A DNA stretch of 63,943 nucleotides, filler included, from Sandaracinaceae bacterium (GTDB taxonomy: Bacteria; Myxococcota_A; Polyangia; Polyangiales; JADJQN01): assembly GCA_947483975.1 (NCBI GenBank). It is 9 parts of 9 records of this genome, joined end to end, with 100 filler letters (N's around TTAATTAATTAA, not from the genome) between each part and the next. Parts side by side here need not be neighbours in the genome. Positions count along the whole stretch, not along the records: positions 57,576 to 63,943 come from CANKOL010000302.1; 8 more parts are not named here. One strand, 5' to 3'. The translations under genes were made by a program, and so were the position numbers. Shown here piece after piece: positions 59,476 through 63,943 of the stretch (position 1 is its first letter; the number at the start of each line of letters is the position of its first letter). Below the pieces are notes generated by a model that was given only the letters and a program-made list of their open reading frames with translations, was not told the origin of the DNA and made no database searches.

Positions 59476-60078
59476 GTGGTGCTGCCACCGACCAGTGATG
59501 ACCTCGCGCGGGATGACGCGCGCCCGTACTTCCTCTGGTGGACGGAGTGCACGGTGGCGGACCTGCGCGCGCACCTCGCGAGCGCGGACCTCGAGGAGGC
59601 TGGGTATTGGCTCGGCGCGCTCCTGCGCGAGGCCAACACGCGCGACGTCTGGCTCTTCACGACGCCCGACGCGGTGCGGGCGCAGTGGCCTCAGGTGCTG
59701 CGGCACCTCGGGCGCGCGCGGGAGCGGTGGGCTTGGCTGCTCGGGCTCGACGCGACCTCTGGGGCCCTGACCACTGACCCCCCGAATCCGGGCTATCATC
59801 CGGTGGTGTCTGCCTCTGCTCGCACGATTCAGATTCCGGTGTCGCTCCCGTGGGATCGCGGTGGCGAGCCGGATGTGCCTACGCTCGGCCGTGAGCTGCG
59901 GCTGCTCTGGCTCATCGAGGAGGTGCGGCAGCGGCGGCTTGGGACGGGGAAGGGCTCCGAGCTTGCCGGGATGGCCCGCGCGGCGTTCATGCGGCTGCTC
60001 GGCGAGCACGGGGTGCCTGTCATCGACTATTCCGTCGAGGAGCTCGAGCGGGAGCTCCGCGTTCTCGGCGTCGAATGA
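59476..60078 (+). CDS. In-frame ORF joining an RPYFLW-type small protein and a UPF0175-family antitoxin (the latter probably starts near 59803)
   Basis: N-half RPYFLWW...LLREANTRDVW; C-half GKGSELAGMARAAFMRLLGEHGVPVIDY; ATGA overlap with the DUF3368 gene. Confidence 0.65.
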   Translation: MVLPPTSDDLARDDARPYFLWWTECTVADLRAHLASADLEEAGYWLGALLREANTRDVWLFTTPDAVRAQWPQVLRHLGRARERWAWLLGLDATSGALTTDPPNPGYHPVVSASARTIQIPVSLPWDRGGEPDVPTLGRELRLLWLIEEVRQRRLGTGKGSELAGMARAAFMRLLGEHGVPVIDYSVEELERELRVLGVE

Positions 60079-60563
60079 TCGTCGTTCCGGACGCTGGGCC
60101 GCTCATCTATCTCGCGGGCGCTGGGCAGCTCGAGCTGCTGCGCCTTCTCTATGCCCAGGTGGTCGTGCCTCGCCTCGTCTATGAGGAGGTCACCATCGCG
60201 GGGGCCGGGTTGACGGGCGCCGTCGAGGTGGCGTCAGCGACTTGGCTGCAGGTGGTTGAACACGACGCGGATCCAACGCTGCTCGCCCGACTCGACCCAG
60301 GTGAGGCGGCGGCGATTCCGCTCGCAGAGGAGCTCGGCGCCTTGCTCCTCGTGGACGACGGCGAAGCACGCGCGGTCGCGGCCGAGCGCGGCATCGCGGT
60401 CGTCGGCAGCTTGGGCGTTCTGATCGCGGCGAAGCGGGCGAAGCTGCTCGACATGGTCGGCCCCGCGCTCGACCAGATGGTCGATCTGGGGATGTTCGTG
60501 GGCCCTGCGCTCCGAGAGCGAGTGCTCGTGCTGGCCGGTGAGGCGCCTTCGCGCACATCGTAG
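60075..60563 (+). CDS. DUF3368-family PIN-domain protein
   Basis: DAGPLIYL, LDPGEAAAI, LLVDD, GSLGVL. Confidence 0.88.
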   Translation: MIVVPDAGPLIYLAGAGQLELLRLLYAQVVVPRLVYEEVTIAGAGLTGAVEVASATWLQVVEHDADPTLLARLDPGEAAAIPLAEELGALLLVDDGEARAVAAERGIAVVGSLGVLIAAKRAKLLDMVGPALDQMVDLGMFVGPALRERVLVLAGEAPSRTS

Positions 60564-60732
60564 AGTGGGTGAATCGGTAGGTCGGCTTTGCGTTCGGGGG
60601 ACCAGATTTCGAAAGTGACGTGTTTGTGCCTTTGGACGCGCACCGTGACGGTTCCGTAGGCCCAGCTCCGCGCGCCCCTCTGCGCGCCGTTGGCGCTGCT
60701 GAACGCCAGACAGACGAGCGCCGGTCTGCCGC

Positions 60733-60784
60733 AAAGATGAACGCTCCTCTTTGACCCATGCGTCAAACTTCTGTATTCATCTTT
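60733..60784. promoter_or_regulatory. AbiE promoter/operator with 23-bp inverted arms
   Basis: AAAGATGAA-N8-TTTGAC-N6-GTCAAA-N8-TTCATCTTT, overlapping TTGACC (-35). Confidence 0.8.
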
Positions 60785-60785
60785 T

Positions 60786-61544
60786 ATGCTGAGCGCGCGA
60801 AGTTCGGTGGAGGCGTTCCACCTCGTGTTCCTTCGGGCGCTCGCGGCGCGGGCGGAGGATAAGGCGCTCATCGCGCTGAAGGGGGGCTGCAACCTGCGCT
60901 TCTACTTCGGGAGCGTGCGGTACTCGGAGGACATCGACTTCGACGTCGTGACGCTCGGCACGGGGACCTCGAAGAACAAGGTCGAGCGCCTGCTCGCGGG
61001 GCCGCTCGTCGGGGCGCCGCTCCGCGCGCTCGGGATCGAGGTCGCTGACGTGTCGGCGCCCAAGCAGACGCCGACCACGCAGCGGTGGAAGCTCGGGCTG
61101 CGGCTCGCGGGCTCGAGCGTGCTGCTCCGCACGAAGGTCGAGTTCTCTCGACGAAACGCGATCGAGGGCGCGGCGTTCGAGGCGACGCCGCGAGAGGTGA
61201 CGCGGGCGTATGGGGTCGGGCCGGTGCTCGCGACGCATTACGGGCTGCGCGCGGCGATCTCGCAGAAGCTCCACGCCCTGCACGGGCGCGCGGAGCCGCA
61301 GGCACGCGATGTGTTCGACCTGGCGCTGCTGTTCGCCAAGCAGCGGGCGCCGCTCGCGCTCGAGGCGGACGAGCGCGGCTGGCTGCCGCTGGCGATCGAC
61401 CACGCGATCGGCATCTCCTACGACGAGTTCAGCGCGAAGGTCGTCGCGTACCTCGACTCCGAGCAGGCGGGGCCGTATCGCAGCCGCGCGGCGTGGCAGG
61501 AGCTTCAGGAGCGCGTCGTCTCGGAGCTGGAGGCGCTGGCGTGA
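60786..61544 (+). CDS. AbiEii-family nucleotidyltransferase toxin
   Basis: LKGGCNL, RYSEDIDFD, KL.AL..R...RDVFDL. Confidence 0.9.
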   Translation: MLSARSSVEAFHLVFLRALAARAEDKALIALKGGCNLRFYFGSVRYSEDIDFDVVTLGTGTSKNKVERLLAGPLVGAPLRALGIEVADVSAPKQTPTTQRWKLGLRLAGSSVLLRTKVEFSRRNAIEGAAFEATPREVTRAYGVGPVLATHYGLRAAISQKLHALHGRAEPQARDVFDLALLFAKQRAPLALEADERGWLPLAIDHAIGISYDEFSAKVVAYLDSEQAGPYRSRAAWQELQERVVSELEALA

Positions 61545-62155
61545 ACGCGGCGACGGCGCTCGCGCGGCTGCGCAAGCTGGGAGTGCCCGCGCTGCGCACG
61601 TCGGACGCCGCGGCTGCGCTCGGCGTCTCCCGCGTCGCGGCGAGTAAGACGCTGGCGCGGCTCGCGGCAGCGGGGCTCGTGCGCGTCGTGCGGCACGGGG
61701 TCTGGTGGCTCGACGGCGAGCTCGACCCGTATCGGCTCCCCGAGCACCTGACCGCGCCGATGCCGAGCTATCTGTCGCTCCAGACGGCGCTGCACCTTCA
61801 TGGGCTCATCGAGCAGATCCCAGAGGTCTATTACGTGGCCTCGCTCGCGCGCACTCAGCGCCTCGTCACGAGCGCGGGGACGTTCTCGATTCACCACTTG
61901 GCGCCGGAGGTCTTCGGCGGCTTCGTCGAGACGAACGCGGGAGTGCTGCTCGCGACACCGGAGAAGGCGCTGTTCGATCTCGCGTATCTCTCCGGCGGGC
62001 GCTCGCGCGCGTTCACGAGCTTGCCGGAGCTCGAGCTGCCACCGCGCTTTCGCCGCGCCGACCTCGGCCGCTGGGTCGCGCGCATCCCGAGCGCGCGCGC
62101 CCGCACCCTGACGCGCACCCGACTCGCGCGTTGGGTCCCCGCGCTACCCGCCTAA
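61541..62155 (+). CDS. AbiEi-family antitoxin
   Basis: N-terminal wHTH, SYLSLQTALHLHGLIEQIP, ATPEKALFD. Confidence 0.88.
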   Translation: MNAATALARLRKLGVPALRTSDAAAALGVSRVAASKTLARLAAAGLVRVVRHGVWWLDGELDPYRLPEHLTAPMPSYLSLQTALHLHGLIEQIPEVYYVASLARTQRLVTSAGTFSIHHLAPEVFGGFVETNAGVLLATPEKALFDLAYLSGGRSRAFTSLPELELPPRFRRADLGRWVARIPSARARTLTRTRLARWVPALPA

Positions 62156-63669
62156 GGCGCGACGACCTCGAGGAGGACCTTGCGGCGCAGGGCCTTCGTG
62201 AAGAGGTCGGCTTTGCGCTCGGCGGTCCAGAGCTCGAGGGCGATGTCGCCCTGGGCGTGGATGCGCAGGGTGACGGCGTCGCGCGTCAGGTGCGCGGAGA
62301 CGTCCTTGACCTTGCCGAGGTGCTTGCGGTCGAGGGCGTCGGCGAGGCGCAAGATGCCGGCGAGCTTGCGCACGATGGTGCGGTTGGCGGTGTCGAGCGC
62401 GCGGTAGGTCGTGTGCTTGGTCGAGGGGAGCGCGCGGCGGTGGTAGCGGGCGACGCAGCCGACGACGAGGTGCTCGAGCCGCGACATGCCCATGATCTCG
62501 GAATTCTCGATCAAATACTGGGTGTGCTTGTGGTGCGAGGCGAAGTGGATGAAGTCCCCGACGTCGTGGAGGATCGCGGCGAGGCGCAGGTAGCGGCGCT
62601 CTTTGGGGCCGAGCTTGTGGAGCGCGGCGAGGTCGTCGAAGAGCCCGACGGCGAAGCGATCGACCTGCTGCGCGTGCGCCTCGTCGAAGTGATAGCGGCG
62701 CCCGAGCTGGATGGACGCGCTCGCGGCGGCGTCGTCCTCGCCGCGGTAGTCCCAGACGCGAAAGTGCTTGTCGACGAGCTCGAAGACGATGCCGTCCTTG
62801 AGCCCGACGCCCGGCGCCGCGACCTCCTTCGCGCGCGCCGCGTCGGCGACGGCGAGGAGCACGTAGAGGGCGGGCACGATGACGTCGGCGCGGTCGGCGC
62901 GCAGCCCTAGCTCGGCGCTGCGCTGCTTCGGGGTGAGGCGCGCGAGGCGCTCGAGGAGCACGCGCGCCTTGCCGACGTCGATCACGGTGGGGGAGCCGGG
63001 GCGCGAGGCGAGCTGCGCGATCGCCTCGAAATTGCCGCCCGTGCCGGCGACGATCTCGTACTTCTTCCAGGCGAGGGCGGCGGCGACGGGCGCGAGCAGG
63101 CGCTCGAGGTAGGCGCGCAAGAGGCGCTCTTGCTCGGGCTTGACGGGCTTGCCCCGCGTCAAGAACGACTCGAGCAGGCGCACGGTGCCGATCTCGAGCG
63201 AGCGCGAGAACTTCGTCTCGCCGCCGTCGACCTCGCTGACCTCGAGGCTGCCGCCGCCGAGGTCGAGCAAGAGCGCGCGCTTGCCGCGCAGGTCCATCGA
63301 CCGCGAGACGGCGAGCTTGACGAGGCGCGCCTCTTCGCCGCCGTCGATCGCCTCGAGCGTGATGCCCGTCTCCGAGCGCACGCGCGAGAGCAGCCCCTCG
63401 GAGTTGCTCGCCTCGCGGGCGGAGGCGGTGACGACGGCGCGGGTGCGAGCGACCTCTGCGTCCTCGATCGCCTCGGCGAATTTGCGGAGCGCGGCGACCG
63501 CTTGGTCGATCGTGCGCGGGTCGAGCCTGCCCGTGAGGAACACGGAATGCCCGAGGCGCACCGGGAGGCGCAGCGAGGTGACCTCGCGGATCACGCCGGG
63601 CTCGTCCGCCTCGACGATGCGGAGGCGGGAGGCGTTCGACCCCATGTCGATCGAGGCGAAGCGAGGCAT
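62152..63669 (-). CDS. ppx: Ppx/GppA exopolyphosphatase
   Basis: IDMGSNA, EEARL, DLGGGSLE, RADVI, LHDVG (HD domain). Confidence 0.93.
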   Translation of the reverse strand: MPRFASIDMGSNASRLRIVEADEPGVIREVTSLRLPVRLGHSVFLTGRLDPRTIDQAVAALRKFAEAIEDAEVARTRAVVTASAREASNSEGLLSRVRSETGITLEAIDGGEEARLVKLAVSRSMDLRGKRALLLDLGGGSLEVSEVDGGETKFSRSLEIGTVRLLESFLTRGKPVKPEQERLLRAYLERLLAPVAAALAWKKYEIVAGTGGNFEAIAQLASRPGSPTVIDVGKARVLLERLARLTPKQRSAELGLRADRADVIVPALYVLLAVADAARAKEVAAPGVGLKDGIVFELVDKHFRVWDYRGEDDAAASASIQLGRRYHFDEAHAQQVDRFAVGLFDDLAALHKLGPKERRYLRLAAILHDVGDFIHFASHHKHTQYLIENSEIMGMSRLEHLVVGCVARYHRRALPSTKHTTYRALDTANRTIVRKLAGILRLADALDRKHLGKVKDVSAHLTRDAVTLRIHAQGDIALELWTAERKADLFTKALRRKVLLEVVAP

Positions 63670-63754
63670 CGGGCGCGACTATATTCGCGCGCGCGCGCCG
63701 AGGCGCCGAGAAAATGCTCGCGCTCGGCGGAAGCGTCGGGACACACTCGCCAGG

Positions 63755-63943
63755 ATGAGCGAGCCAGCCAGCCGCGTTGTCGGCGTCAACATGGACCTCT
63801 TGCACGACGTCAGCAGCCTGATGGGCACGGTGCACGCCGCGGTGGCGGACCTCCATCGCGCGCACGCGGAGGGCGAGGACCTCGGCGAGCTGCTCGACGA
63901 GGCGGTGTCCCTGACGTCGCTCGTCAGCGAGTCGCTGCGCGGC
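63755..63943 (+). CDS. Hypothetical protein N-terminus (runs off the window)
   Basis: Open frame MSEPASRVVGVNMDLLHDVSSLM...; possible H-box-like LHD. Confidence 0.4.
   Translation, partial: MSEPASRVVGVNMDLLHDVSSLMGTVHAAVADLHRAHAEGEDLGELLDEAVSLTSLVSESLRG

Noticed and set aside
57880..62155. Integron cassette array
   Set aside because: No convincing attC sites (RYYYAAC...GTTRRRY), mixed orientation and no intI.

Overview
This window is not one continuous locus. It is nine ~7-kb contigs of a draft assembly or MAG, joined by eight artificial 100-bp linkers (N44-TTAATTAATTAA-N44). The internal contigs fall in decreasing length order, so adjacency across a linker means nothing. The very high GC, romR-valS synteny, SofG/MglA-family GTPase, Ser/Thr kinases and Cys-rich lipoproteins point to a Myxococcota genome. 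Housekeeping content: valS, fadN/fadA, thiL, mraZ-rsmH-ftsL-ftsI, ffh, polA, ppx, and a c-type NO reductase operon norCBQD. Accessory content: several toxin-antitoxin modules (including a dense island with orphan antitoxins and a toxin-first AbiE pair), rifampin ADP-ribosyltransferase arr, and three unrelated palindromic tandem arrays with a ~42/85-bp period. The best candidate for an undescribed system is on contig 2. There a radical SAM enzyme with a twitch/SPASM-like tail lies 8 bp upstream of a protein that starts with a 'FASNNSGSY' motif and ends in a ribosomal L7/L12-like domain. A VF530 protein and a tetraether-synthase-like (Tes/GDGT-MAS) radical SAM enzyme follow on the same strand. 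An unannotated 44-aa highly basic protein with its own promoter and terminator is also notable. All family assignments come from recognising motifs by eye, not from database searches.
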